Below are positions 43,328-53,427 of a stretch of DNA of 64,000 bases, one piece after another. The translations under genes and the position numbers were made by a program. Numbering within the stretch: the stretch's first letter is position 1; the number at the start of each line of letters is the position of its first letter. Below the pieces are notes generated by a model that saw nothing but the letters and a program-made list of their open reading frames with translations, was not told the DNA's origin and did no database searches. The stretch comes from Candidatus Bathyarchaeota archaeon (GTDB lineage: Archaea; Thermoproteota; Bathyarchaeia; Bathyarchaeales; Bathycorpusculaceae), in assembly GCA_963767735.1 (NCBI GenBank), contig CAVYES010000006.1:512001-576000 (forward strand), written 5' to 3'.

Positions 43328-43641
43328 GCTCCACCTTTCCTGTATCGAGGAAAACTACAATTAAGCGATTGTAAGCAGCGGAATCCAAGTTTAGGGACAC
43401 TTTTATTCAAATGACCTCAAAAATACCTTCCAAAAATTCGCTGAAATGGACGCTACCCTAAATTTACTAATGAGACAAATCGAGGATGATTCTGACTGGA
43501 CTTACCCACCTCCCCACGGGGATCAGAATCTTGCGGAAAAAGGCGACTTTAAGCAAAAAGTGCAGGGGGTTAGGTTTACACCCACGTTTAAATTTCACGC
43601 AAGAAAGCAAAGCCTTCTGAAATTGGTAGATAAAGAATATT

Positions 43642-44226
43642 TCAGGCACTATGCAGCTTAATCATCAAGGAGTTTTCTGTCGTTTCAATTTCAGGCGGAG
43701 TACCAATTGCACTTTTTGCTGCTTCCTCTATGAAAATAGAAAGGAATTTTGATCCTTTTTTTCCGAGCTCGTGTCTGGCAACTAAAATGTGTTTTCCTTT
43801 TTCGTCGAACTCTTCCTCTAGCTCGGCAATTTTTCCATATCTGAAGATGTTAGAGACTGCAGAAAGAAAACTGCTTGCGTTAACTTGTTTGAACCAAAAT
43901 ATCATTGCCTCTTTTGGCAAGGTCGAACCCAGCTTACGTGCGATGTTTTCCAACTGTTCATCGTTCAACGCTTCTATCATCGATCGAAGGATTTCACGTT
44001 GTATCGACACTATGCCAAATTTGTCAGTGAATCTGCCCCAATCGATGTATTGTATCAAAACGTTAGAGATTAGTGTGTTGAGACTAACCTGTTTTTCCAG
44101 CGCAGTCTTTTGAAGAAGTTGATCTACCTCTTCAGAAATTCGAACTGTTCTGAGTATTGTTTTTCTCTTCTTTTTCGCTTTTTTATTTATTCCCTGAAAC
44201 ATTGCCCCTAATTCTCCTTGTTTCAT
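43642..44226 (-). CDS. RHH-domain protein with V4R-like C-terminus
   Basis: RTVRISEEV..SLNTLISNVL; HELGKKGS. Confidence 0.6.
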   Translation of the reverse strand: MKQGELGAMFQGINKKAKKKRKTILRTVRISEEVDQLLQKTALEKQVSLNTLISNVLIQYIDWGRFTDKFGIVSIQREILRSMIEALNDEQLENIARKLGSTLPKEAMIFWFKQVNASSFLSAVSNIFRYGKIAELEEEFDEKGKHILVARHELGKKGSKFLSIFIEEAAKSAIGTPPEIETTENSLMIKLHSA

Positions 44227-44300
44227 GGTTTAATAAAATATTTAATTTGTTACACAATGTGCACACTAAAGATATATGTCCTTTCCAAAATATCTAGTCC

Positions 44301-44792
44301 GTGAGGCAGTTGATTATTGTGCTATCGTTTTTTGAGTCTGCTTTGATGGTTACGGCAGTTGCCATAAATGGGATACTTGCAGGGATTAGTATTGAGCGTT
44401 CCATTATTGAACTACCAGCTTGGAGTAGCGTCAATTTGTCGGGTTTTCATGATTACAGTCTAGCAGCAGATTTAGACAGGGGACTGATATTTTATCCAGC
44501 AATAGAGGTGATTGCTGCTGCTCTAGTGATTGCAGCGGCGGTGGCGGGCGCTGCGGCGGGATTATCATTTAACGGCCTGATGTTGCTATATGTTTCAGCA
44601 GTTTTGTCAGTTCTGCACAGCCTTATTACTACAAGGGCTGCTCCCAACATGTTGAGCCTTCGCAATAAGGCATTGAACAAAGACGAAGTGAAAGCGAGGT
44701 TTGACCGATTCAAGAAGTGGCAGGATAGACGTGCTACACTGCAACTCTTGACATTTCTCAGCATTCTTCTAGCGTTCGCAGCCTTTGTTTGA
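44301..44792 (+). CDS. DUF1772-like membrane protein
   Basis: Four TM helices; ELPAW and KKWQDRRATL. Confidence 0.6.
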   Translation: MRQLIIVLSFFESALMVTAVAINGILAGISIERSIIELPAWSSVNLSGFHDYSLAADLDRGLIFYPAIEVIAAALVIAAAVAGAAAGLSFNGLMLLYVSAVLSVLHSLITTRAAPNMLSLRNKALNKDEVKARFDRFKKWQDRRATLQLLTFLSILLAFAAFV

Positions 44793-44868
44793 ACATTGCG
44801 GCCTGATGAGATGCGGTTAATTATTTAATCGAATCCGTTCGCTGTGAACAAAAAGCGAGAGTCCTTTC

Positions 44869-44910
44869 TGGCGCTTTGAGGGGGTAATTGCACCTTTTTA
44901 CCAGTAAAAA
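44869..44910 (-). repeat. tRNA-Ser att-like repeat E (core and right box only)
   Basis: TGGCGCTTTGAGGGGGT..GCACCTTTTTACCAGTAAAAA; downstream flank resembles that of copy A (TTTTGAAGCCAT..CAAATCCCAGC). Confidence 0.7.
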
Positions 44911-45138
44911 ACATTTTTGAAGCCATCATTGACATGTGACCAGCCAACAGTCTGTGTTCAAATCCCAGCAGTACACCACGATAATCCAGCCCCTGTTTAT
45001 ACGGAGTCTACTTGCATTTTTTAAGAAGTAACATGACAAACCTGTAGACATTTCAGCGGTTTTGTGGTAGCAGAATGGAATTTTGCATGCACGAGTTTAA
45101 TAAGAACCATATACAGTTATGATTTTAAGGCATCTCCT

Positions 45139-45354
45139 ATGAAAATCGGTGTTACTGTACACAAAGAAGGGAAATTGTATGTCGCAGCCGATCCGGTAAC
45201 CGGCGTAACTAGTCAAGGGAAAACTTGTGATGAAGCTTTAAAAAGTTTCCAAGAGGCTTTCGAGCTTTGGTTTGAATGTGCTGAAGACTGGGAGAAGGAA
45301 CGGGCGTTGAACGGTGAGCCAGTGGCTACCTTGGTTTTGGATTTAAAAATTTAG
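45139..45354 (+). CDS. hicB: HicB family antitoxin
   Basis: YVAADPVTGVTSQGKTCDEALKSFQEAFELW. Confidence 0.85.
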   Translation: MKIGVTVHKEGKLYVAADPVTGVTSQGKTCDEALKSFQEAFELWFECAEDWEKERALNGEPVATLVLDLKI

Positions 45355-45574
45355 TTACCAACCAAGTTAAGAAATTCTTCATCTGGAATCCCTGCTTGGA
45401 ACAAAATGCCTTTGAGCGTACCAATGGCAATCTTTTGGTGCTTTGGAACCACAACTGTCTCATTTTTCCATTGTAGAAGCCTTTTAGAATTATATGGCTT
45501 CCTCGTTGTCTGACAACTTGAAAACCAAATTTACTTAACGTCTTAATTACTATTCGGTGTGAGTACGGCTTCAT
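45351..45574 (-). pseudogene. hicA: HicA toxin, one frameshift, convergent with hicB
   Basis: GFQVVRQRGSHIIL, then in a shifted frame TVVVPKHQKIAIGTLKGILFQAGI. Confidence 0.8.
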
Positions 45575-45675
45575 CCTCAAATGGATCCTCACTAATCAGT
45601 TCAAAATGCTAACAGAAATAACTTGCCCCACCTGAGAGGTCTAGATTCAAATCCAAGCGGTCCCACTTTCGCTTA

Positions 45676-45819
45676 TTTTTACCAGTAAAAACTTTTTGCC
45701 TTCATTTCAGAGATTTCACAAATAAGTGCAATTATGGCTTATTTATGTGAGATAAGCTCAAAAACAGCCTTAAAAAAAGCGCTGGGAGGGGGATCCCAGC
45801 ACTTTTTTACCAGTAAAAA
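45676..45819 (-). repeat. tRNA-Ser att-like repeat F
   Basis: TTTTTACCAGTAAAAA ... GCGCTGGGAGGGGGAT (45779-45794) CCCAGCAC TTTTTTACCAGTAAAAA. Confidence 0.88.
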
Positions 45820-46342
45820 TGAGTTTTGACCAATTTCTTAAGCGAGCGGGCCCTATGGGATGCGCTTAAACTTTTAAGCAAATCCTGAGACCTAAAGCTA
45901 AATATTAAAAATGTATTTATTACGAACAACAAATTGAGGCGCACTACGGTTTAATTGGAGACGCCATTGTTGAAATGTTAACTCAATAACTTTTGTCCTC
46001 TGATTAAAATAGAGAAAAAAATGGGACGTTCTTGCTTAAATATTCGTCTCAACGGAGAAACTTTGTCTCTTCTTCTAACGCGCTCTTCTTTTTTCACCTC
46101 TAATTTGTTTATATATGAGTGAAGTAACAGGGTTCTTCGTTAACGGCACGTTGAGATAGTTTGCTTATTTCGAGTTCTGAAACGGCTCGGTTATTCTGGC
46201 TTCTAGTCAGACTTGCGGAATCCTTATTTTTTAGGAGCAGTTTGCGGTAAATCTCTTTTGTTTCCGACTTTTCCATCCCTGATGTCACTAAGCCCATTTT
46301 TGCTTCACTCATTTTTCCTTGATTGCTAATACGTGAAAAAGA

Positions 46343-46474
46343 ATATAAGGATGGTTGTGATTTGTTCATATTTATTATGAAATATTGAACGTGTTATAAC
46401 AATTCTAGGTCAACTTTTGAATATTTATCGCATATTTAAGAAAAATTCTTAACAAATCATAACCAGATTTAAAT
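46343..46474. promoter_or_regulatory. Divergent pair of box-N9-TATA promoters
   Basis: Box 46359-46370 (-) with TATA 46343-46349; variant box 46447-46458 (+) with TTTAAAT 46468-46474. Confidence 0.65.
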
Positions 46475-46737
46475 AATATGCTGCCGCGTTGTCAAATCAG
46501 AAATTGAAAGAGTGAAACCGTAACAATGTTTGACCCAACCCAACTTTTCTGTGCGGGAGTTGGTTTTGCTTCCTTAACATCGACTTTTGGTTACTTCATG
46601 ATCTGTTTTAAAAAGAGTCTCAAAGTGCAGACTAATGATAGCGTAAAGTACAGAAAAGGTAGTGATAATGCCCGTTTAAAGAAATCGAAACAATCCCGAC
46701 CGATTCTGAAAAACGGATCAAATAGCATAATATTGAG

Positions 46738-47229
46738 GTGCTCACGAGGTGGCAGGTACTGAAAAACAATGTTGCTGAAAAATTGGATAACATAGACATT
46801 AATATTCTTCATTTGCTTCAGGAAGATTGCCGGCTAAGTTGTCACAAGATCGCGATAAGACTCAAAATATCTGTAGGCACCGTTCTGAAACATGTAGAAG
46901 ACATGCAGAATAGGGGGCTCTTGAAAGGATATTCTGCAGTTCTGGACTCGGTCAAGCTTGGGTACATGATGACAACGGTTATTTTCGTTCAAACTGAAGG
47001 TGGGCATCACGATTACATCAAAAACATAATTGTAAATGAGACCAATGTAACGTCTAGCTACGATATTACTGGAAACTTCGACTTAGTTCTAATCGCCAAG
47101 TTTAAAGAAAGTTCCGACTTGATTTCTTTCATAAAACGATTACTGTTGATTCCCCATGTTCGACGAACCGCTACAGACATAGTCCTCAACATAATTAAAG
47201 AAGACGCCTCTTCACTAGTGATTGGGTAA
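46738..47229 (+). CDS. Lrp/AsnC family transcriptional regulator
   Basis: LDNIDINILHLLQEDCR..HTH; YDITGNFD. Confidence 0.9.
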   Translation: MLTRWQVLKNNVAEKLDNIDINILHLLQEDCRLSCHKIAIRLKISVGTVLKHVEDMQNRGLLKGYSAVLDSVKLGYMMTTVIFVQTEGGHHDYIKNIIVNETNVTSSYDITGNFDLVLIAKFKESSDLISFIKRLLLIPHVRRTATDIVLNIIKEDASSLVIG

Positions 47230-47480
47230 AATGAACATTCAAAATAGATGCTTAACAAAGTGAGGGAAACGACGTGAAAAAAACTTTAGGAATAATTGCA
47301 GCCTTTAACTCTACCGGACTTTACCACAGAACCGGGCAGGGTCAGTTAAATCTTCAACTAAATCTTTTCCTGAATTAATATCGATTTGCAGTCGTTGCGC
47401 GCGGTGGTGGTTTTTCGTTTTTTCACTAGTTTAATTTTTGAAAGAAACTACGCTTTTCTTAAAAAAAGTAAAAGGGGGAG

Positions 47481-49040
47481 CTAATCTTTTTTCCAGAACT
47501 TGAAGGTTCTGGATTTAGTGCTTGCAGTCTTGATTTCGTCCTCGTCTTTGCCTGGGAATGGGAACAAGCCGGAGGGCTTCGATTTTGAGTTGACGCGGAA
47601 ATAGATTAAACCTATTGTCAACCATATTGCGGTGCCGGCTATAGCGAAGATTCCTTCCGTTGCTGAAGCCCCTCCGCCTGCAAAGCTGAGGTACACGATT
47701 GTAGCCATCATAACGGCGTTGGCGGCGAAGCCTGCGATTGGAACTACCCTGCGTTTTAGTATGTTACTGCGTTCTTTAGTGAATGCTATTAGGGCTACGA
47801 TGTTTGTTATTCCATACAGTAGGAAGGTACCGAAGTTTGATAGTAATGTTATTGAGGTTAGGTTTGTGATTGTTAGTACTCCGAAAGATCCTATAACCGC
47901 TGCAACAGCTGTCATTACCCAGATTCCAATCGCTGGAGTTGAGTATTTTGGGTTTAGCTTACTGAGGTGATAAGGCACTTCGGTGTCTCGGCTGATTGCG
48001 TAAGTTACTCTAACGCCGGTGTTCATGCATGCGAGGGTAGTGCCTAATATTGCAGCAGCTACAATTGCAGCTATTATTAATTCTAATGTGAAACCGTTGC
48101 CTCCGAGGAATACGTTTCCCAGGTTGTGAACCATATCGCCGATGGGGGCGCTTGAAACTGCAGCTGCGCTAAATCCTGTAAATGTCTTGCCACTTTGTGT
48201 TATAGTATAGCTGGAGTTCATCCATGCTTCGGCTCCGAAGTATTCAAATAGGTACGCGAAGGCGCCTTGAATGATCAAAGATAAAATGATTGCTTTTGGA
48301 ACAACCTTTGGATCTTTGGCTTCTCCGGTATATGCCGTTGCCGATTCGAAGCCGACTAGTACTAAGATGGCGATGGTCGCTTGAAATAACACAGTACTGA
48401 TATCGTGAGGTGTGACTATTCCGCCTAAGCTAGTGAACGTAAAGGATACGTGTTGAGGGTTCAGGAAACGGAATGCCAAGGCCATTCCGGTGATTATGAC
48501 CAGCATTCCGATTTGAACTATGTTGAGGAGAAGGTTTGTTTTTGTTGATCCTTGAATTCCGCGGTAAGCTATCGCGCCTGTGACGACTGCAAATAAGCAG
48601 GCGATGCCGATTTCTCCTAAGGGTGAAATGCTGAATCCTAGTACAGATAAAATCCATGTTAGCAGGATGGACATTGCTGCAACCATGACTCCTGGATACA
48701 CCCAGTAGTATAGGTGTGATATCCAGCCGACGCCGAACTTTGCGTTTCTGGCTGAGGTGTTGCTGCTTCCGTTGTCTAGTAAGGCTCTTTGAGCAAAGTA
48801 ATATGAACTACCTGGACCAGCATCGGGATAACGCCGGGCTAGCCACGAGTAAGAAGCGGCAGTTAGGAACGCCAAAATTAATGCTAGTGTGAGGCCAAAA
48901 AATATGTCGTTGGCTGTTGAAGCGCCAGACGGAGTGGTCTGGGCTGCGTTTATCTGAAAAGTAAGCCACAAGAAAGCCCCTGGAGCGATTAGGGCCATGG
49001 CGTTTATTGTAATGCCTCCTAGACCGAGGGTTTTTTTCAA
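47481..49040 (-). CDS. APC family amino acid permease
   Basis: NAMALIAPGAF, GSSYYF, VGFESAT..EAKDP; about 12 TM helices. Confidence 0.9.
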   Translation of the reverse strand: MKKTLGLGGITINAMALIAPGAFLWLTFQINAAQTTPSGASTANDIFFGLTLALILAFLTAASYSWLARRYPDAGPGSSYYFAQRALLDNGSSNTSARNAKFGVGWISHLYYWVYPGVMVAAMSILLTWILSVLGFSISPLGEIGIACLFAVVTGAIAYRGIQGSTKTNLLLNIVQIGMLVIITGMALAFRFLNPQHVSFTFTSLGGIVTPHDISTVLFQATIAILVLVGFESATAYTGEAKDPKVVPKAIILSLIIQGAFAYLFEYFGAEAWMNSSYTITQSGKTFTGFSAAAVSSAPIGDMVHNLGNVFLGGNGFTLELIIAAIVAAAILGTTLACMNTGVRVTYAISRDTEVPYHLSKLNPKYSTPAIGIWVMTAVAAVIGSFGVLTITNLTSITLLSNFGTFLLYGITNIVALIAFTKERSNILKRRVVPIAGFAANAVMMATIVYLSFAGGGASATEGIFAIAGTAIWLTIGLIYFRVNSKSKPSGLFPFPGKDEDEIKTASTKSRTFKFWKKD

Positions 49041-49251
49041 TTGTGTCTTTTGCGGCTGTGAACCTGTTGAGTCAGCTATTCTATTTTCCCTCCTCTAAGT
49101 GGCAAGCTCAAAATAGCGGAAAGTAGTGTGTTGCCTTTTTTAACGAGTAGCGTATCGTGCTTTCTGCTTGATTTTTTTATATTTGGAGATTTCATTCTCT
49201 TTTTCATCTAGTAACACCGAAACTTTTAGTCAATAAAGCAAGTCTAGCGAA

Positions 49252-49290
49252 ATATAAACCTGATTAAGATTTGTTCATAACTTTTATGAT
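49252..49290 (-). promoter_or_regulatory. Box-N9-TATA promoter upstream of the permease
   Basis: TATGAACAAATC (49268-49279), 9 bp, TTTATAT. Confidence 0.7.
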
Positions 49291-49590
49291 AAACAGAAAT
49301 AATGTTCAATTAAAATAAATTAAATTAGACATTTGACTGGACAATTGCTATTTGGTTGAGCATCAGTTTGACCAAGTTCCGAAAGACACCCATCACTAAT
49401 TTAACATAATCCCTGATTAAGTTATTTGAAAGTTAACGAATTGCCAAGTCCAAAGATAGTGGAGATTCATCCGGAGACTTGGGGACGTGCATATGACTAT
49501 TCCAGCTTTTCAAGAAGTGAAAAAGGACTTATGCTAAAGTTACAATTAACTACTAATTGGCTTAAACTACAGAGCTGTATACATGTCCTT

Positions 49591-52371
49591 TTAAGTGTGG
49601 TCGTGGATTTTAAGCGCTTCAGTACTTGTTTTAGTGAATTTACGGCTGAAGAACTTTCTAATTTCCTCCGCGAAAACAACGATTATAGCCAGTGAAACCA
49701 GAAATGCCCAGTTGCTTAAAGAGAGGCTTGTTGTTGTGAAGATGTGCTGCATAAATGGAACATAGACAATTAATGATAGGATTCCGATTTGTGATGCGAT
49801 CCCAAAGATTATCCACTTATTTGTTTTCAAGCTTGTTTTGAAGATTGATTGCTTACTGGTTCGACATGCTAAGACGTTACCTGCTTGAGCTACTACTATG
49901 CCAGCAAAAGTCATAGTTACACCTTTGGCGTAAACTCCGCTAGTATAAAATGAACTGGTACTTGTTAATGCCATTCCGAAGTGCCATCCACCCGCCGCCC
50001 AAGCATTGAGACACCCAATCATAGCTCCTGCGGCAATGATAACCCCGACGAACACTGAGCGGAGTAGAACCTTGCGGGTAAAAAGCCTCTCCTTGATGCT
50101 TCTGGGTGGCTCTTGCATAATTCCTGCTTCAGGAGGCTCACGGCTTAAAGCCAATGAAGGAATAACGTCAATCGCAAGGTCAATTGCTAACACTTGCGGC
50201 ACAAGCAATGGCAAAGGAATACCTAAAACGGCGTACAATATGAACGGAATCAGTTCAGCCCAGTTATGCGAAAACACGTAAACAATAAATTTGCGAATAT
50301 TTTCATAAATTGCCCTGCCAGACTCAATAGCTTTTACAATGGATGCAAAGCTATCATTGAGCAAAACAATATCGGCGGCTTCACGAGCAACATCAGTGCC
50401 CGACGCGCCCATGGCAACGCCGATGTCAGCTTCCTTAAGCGAAGGTGCATCGTTTGCTCCGTCGCCAGTTACTGCTACGATTTCTCCGGTCTTTTTGAGC
50501 ACTGTAACTATGCGTAGTTTCTGTTCAGGTGAAACACGAGCAAAAATCACGTTGCCTTTGCGAACTTCATCTATGATTGCTTGGTCGCTTAATTCTTCCA
50601 AGTCCACGCCGCGAATAATCTGGCGGTTTTCCCGCTCGACAATTCCAACCTCTTGGGCAATAGCCTGAGCGGTTGGACCATAGTCCCCAGTGATTATAAC
50701 GGTTTTTACTCCTGCTTGCCTTGCCTCTAAAACGGCATCTTTGACTTCTGTTCTTGGAGGATCACGCATTGCAGCCAAGCCCACAAAAATTAGGTCTTTT
50801 TCTGCTTCGTCTTTGTTGTAGGTGCTTTTGGGTATTTCCTTGTATGCAGCAGCTATGACGCGCAAGCCCTGAGTGGCAAACTCGTGAATCTTTGATTCAA
50901 TAATCTTAATGTTTTCTTGGTTCAATTCTTCAGCGTTACTGTCAATAAGCACTTTGCTGCAGATGTCCAAGATGTTCCTGGGAGCACCTTTTGTGTAAAT
51001 GCAAACGTCTCCGTTCAACTTGTGAACTGTACTCATGCGCTTTCGCTCAAAACTGAACGGTAAAACATGTACAATCGGTTTCGCCTCTAAAGCATTTTGA
51101 ACATTCACATTCGATTTGAGTGCGGCAACAAGTAAAGCACCGTCAGTCGGGTCGCCTATCACACCCCAATTTCTGTTTCTGTCCGAAGGAGGATCAAGCT
51201 TTGCGCCATTGCAGAGTGCCGTAATCTCAATAAGCTTCTCCAGAGATCCAATTTGGCCCTCCTGCAATAGCTGACCTTTTATAGTGAAATCGCCTTCGGG
51301 CTTATAGCCTAAGCCCGAAACATCCACAACAGAATCGTAAACCCACAGATTGTTCACAGTCATTTCGCCTTTTGTTATTGTGCCTGTCTTGTCCGTGCAG
51401 ATTACCGTGACACTGCCCAAGGTTTGAACAGCTGATAACCGTTTTACCAAAACGTTCTGTTTTACCATTTTTAGAACGTTGATGGCTAAGGCGCTGGAAA
51501 CGGTGACTTGCAACCCTTCAGGAACGCAAGCCACCATTACACCAATCATGAAGAAAATGCCTGTCGCCAATGTGACATGTAAGAAAAGAAAACTAAAGGC
51601 AAAAAATATTGCGCCAACGGCAACGGCAATTATAAAATCATACTTTGCGGTTAAAGCAATTTCTCTTTGAAGCGGGCTATCTTCTTCATGAATTGTCTGA
51701 GTTAAATTAGCTATTCTTCCAAACTGGGTATTCATTCCTGTTGAGTAAACAACTGCTTTTCCTTGACCCTTAGCGACGCTTGTGCTCATGAAAACGAGGT
51801 TTGGAGAATACAAATAGGCTTTCTCAGGAGTTTTCACGACGTCTGCAACGCGAGGTTGTGGTTCCGACTCGCCTGTTAAGGGAACATTATTGGTCCATAA
51901 GTCAAAAGCTTCAATTAAGCGTCCGTCTGCTGGTACGCGGTCGCCTTCCTCCAGCGATATGATGTCTCCGGGGACAATTTCTCTGACTGAGATTTTTTTG
52001 TGTTCTCCATCTCGGATTACTTTGGCAAACTCGGGCATCCAGCTTTTGAGGGTTGCAATTGCTTTTTCCGCACGGGACTCTTGGAACATGCTTACAAAAA
52101 TGTTTACGAAAACGACTGCAAGTATGATTAGGGCAAGTTCTGGACTGCCGCTTATGTAAGATAAGATGCTTGCGACAAGCAATAAGATGCCGAATAGGTC
52201 TCGAAGATGTCTGATAAATTTGTGAATAAACGGTATTTGCCTTTTTTCGGAAAGTTGGTTGTAGCCGTATTTTGTTAAGCGGAGTTTTGCCTCTTCGCTT
52301 GTCAAACCATTTGGTGATGTCTTGAGTTCGTCGAAGACCTCGGTAATTGGTAAAGAAGCAGCTTTTTCCAA
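49591..52371 (-). CDS. Cation-transporting P-type ATPase (type II)
   Basis: TGES, VPEGL, DKTGT, KGAP, DPPR, TGD, GDGANDAP. Confidence 0.95.
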   Translation of the reverse strand: MEKAASLPITEVFDELKTSPNGLTSEEAKLRLTKYGYNQLSEKRQIPFIHKFIRHLRDLFGILLLVASILSYISGSPELALIILAVVFVNIFVSMFQESRAEKAIATLKSWMPEFAKVIRDGEHKKISVREIVPGDIISLEEGDRVPADGRLIEAFDLWTNNVPLTGESEPQPRVADVVKTPEKAYLYSPNLVFMSTSVAKGQGKAVVYSTGMNTQFGRIANLTQTIHEEDSPLQREIALTAKYDFIIAVAVGAIFFAFSFLFLHVTLATGIFFMIGVMVACVPEGLQVTVSSALAINVLKMVKQNVLVKRLSAVQTLGSVTVICTDKTGTITKGEMTVNNLWVYDSVVDVSGLGYKPEGDFTIKGQLLQEGQIGSLEKLIEITALCNGAKLDPPSDRNRNWGVIGDPTDGALLVAALKSNVNVQNALEAKPIVHVLPFSFERKRMSTVHKLNGDVCIYTKGAPRNILDICSKVLIDSNAEELNQENIKIIESKIHEFATQGLRVIAAAYKEIPKSTYNKDEAEKDLIFVGLAAMRDPPRTEVKDAVLEARQAGVKTVIITGDYGPTAQAIAQEVGIVERENRQIIRGVDLEELSDQAIIDEVRKGNVIFARVSPEQKLRIVTVLKKTGEIVAVTGDGANDAPSLKEADIGVAMGASGTDVAREAADIVLLNDSFASIVKAIESGRAIYENIRKFIVYVFSHNWAELIPFILYAVLGIPLPLLVPQVLAIDLAIDVIPSLALSREPPEAGIMQEPPRSIKERLFTRKVLLRSVFVGVIIAAGAMIGCLNAWAAGGWHFGMALTSTSSFYTSGVYAKGVTMTFAGIVVAQAGNVLACRTSKQSIFKTSLKTNKWIIFGIASQIGILSLIVYVPFMQHIFTTTSLSLSNWAFLVSLAIIVVFAEEIRKFFSRKFTKTSTEALKIHDHT

Positions 52372-52938
52372 ATAAATTCCGCCAACCTCACGATTGACTA
52401 ATATTTACTACACTTAAATCATTGGGTAATTTTTTAGCGGTTGGCCTTTGTTGGTTCAAGCCAATGGAGCAGCAACTTTGTTCTATTTCTCGCGCTATGA
52501 TTTGTCCTGATGTTATGTTCTTCAGAAAATCCATAAAGAGTCTGTCTTTTATCTTCGAGTTTATCGATTCTTTCAGATCAGCATAGTAAGAGTAGGACAT
52601 CTAATGTTGCTATTTCTCCTTTCTGTTTAAAACAATCTTTTAGATAATAATGTTTGGGCATCTTAGGGGGTAGCCTCACGGTTTCAGAAAAACAAAAAAG
52701 CTTAATGCAAAGCTACGCTGCCGCCTTCATGATGAACATTATAGGCAGCCTGTAGTAAGCGATTTACACGACAAAGCTCAGGATAGATTTTTTTGTATTC
52801 TTCCGATGCATAGTAATCTATTTCGCATCGGATAAGCTTTTGCTTGACGATTTATTTATTTCAATGCTTCGTGTATGTTTTTGAATTTCATGTTTTCATC
52901 TTCGCTAATTTAGAGGATGTACAAATGGGTTTCTTTTG

Positions 52939-53112
52939 TTACACTTTGATTTTGAGTTCTAACTTGATGCTGTACACTATGAAGGCAAATGACCCGATGA
53001 TTGTCGCCTATCGATAGCTAAATCAATTATTCCAAACATATTTTCACCATTTTACATCTCTCTCAAAGAGATGCTCAGTTAAATATAAATATATTTATGA
53101 TTTGTTCATAAT
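52939..53112 (-). repeat. Inverted copy of the 58200..58372 promoter + peptide unit; peptide frame broken by two 1 bp insertions
   Basis: Reverse complement nearly identical to 58273..58371; box 53099-53110 and TATA 53083-53089. Confidence 0.85.
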
Positions 53113-53336
53113 ATTCCTTAAAATATTGACAGCTGTCTAAACTGCAGCAGGAAAATTTATGTGAAATAAAGCATTAAAGCCCGTTTATGTGATGCACAAA
53201 AATTTGATCACTCTTTGAACAATGGAAGTATTCTAGCCCGAGCAGTCAAGCTAAAAAAACAGTTAGCTAACTGTGTGGTCATATTATAGGTTATATGTCC
53301 ATATTATTACAGTATTACGTTACAAATTTTTTATTT

Positions 53337-53375
53337 TTCATAATTTTTATGAACAAATCTCAATTACGTTTAAAT
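53337..53375 (+). promoter_or_regulatory. glnA promoter: TTCATA-N5-TATGAA palindrome/box, 9 bp, TTTAAAT
   Basis: Box 53348-53359, TATA 53369-53375. Confidence 0.7.
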
Positions 53376-53427
53376 GTATTCATCTCTCATTTTGCTAAAC
53401 AAATAATCTGAATAAATGGTGAAATAA

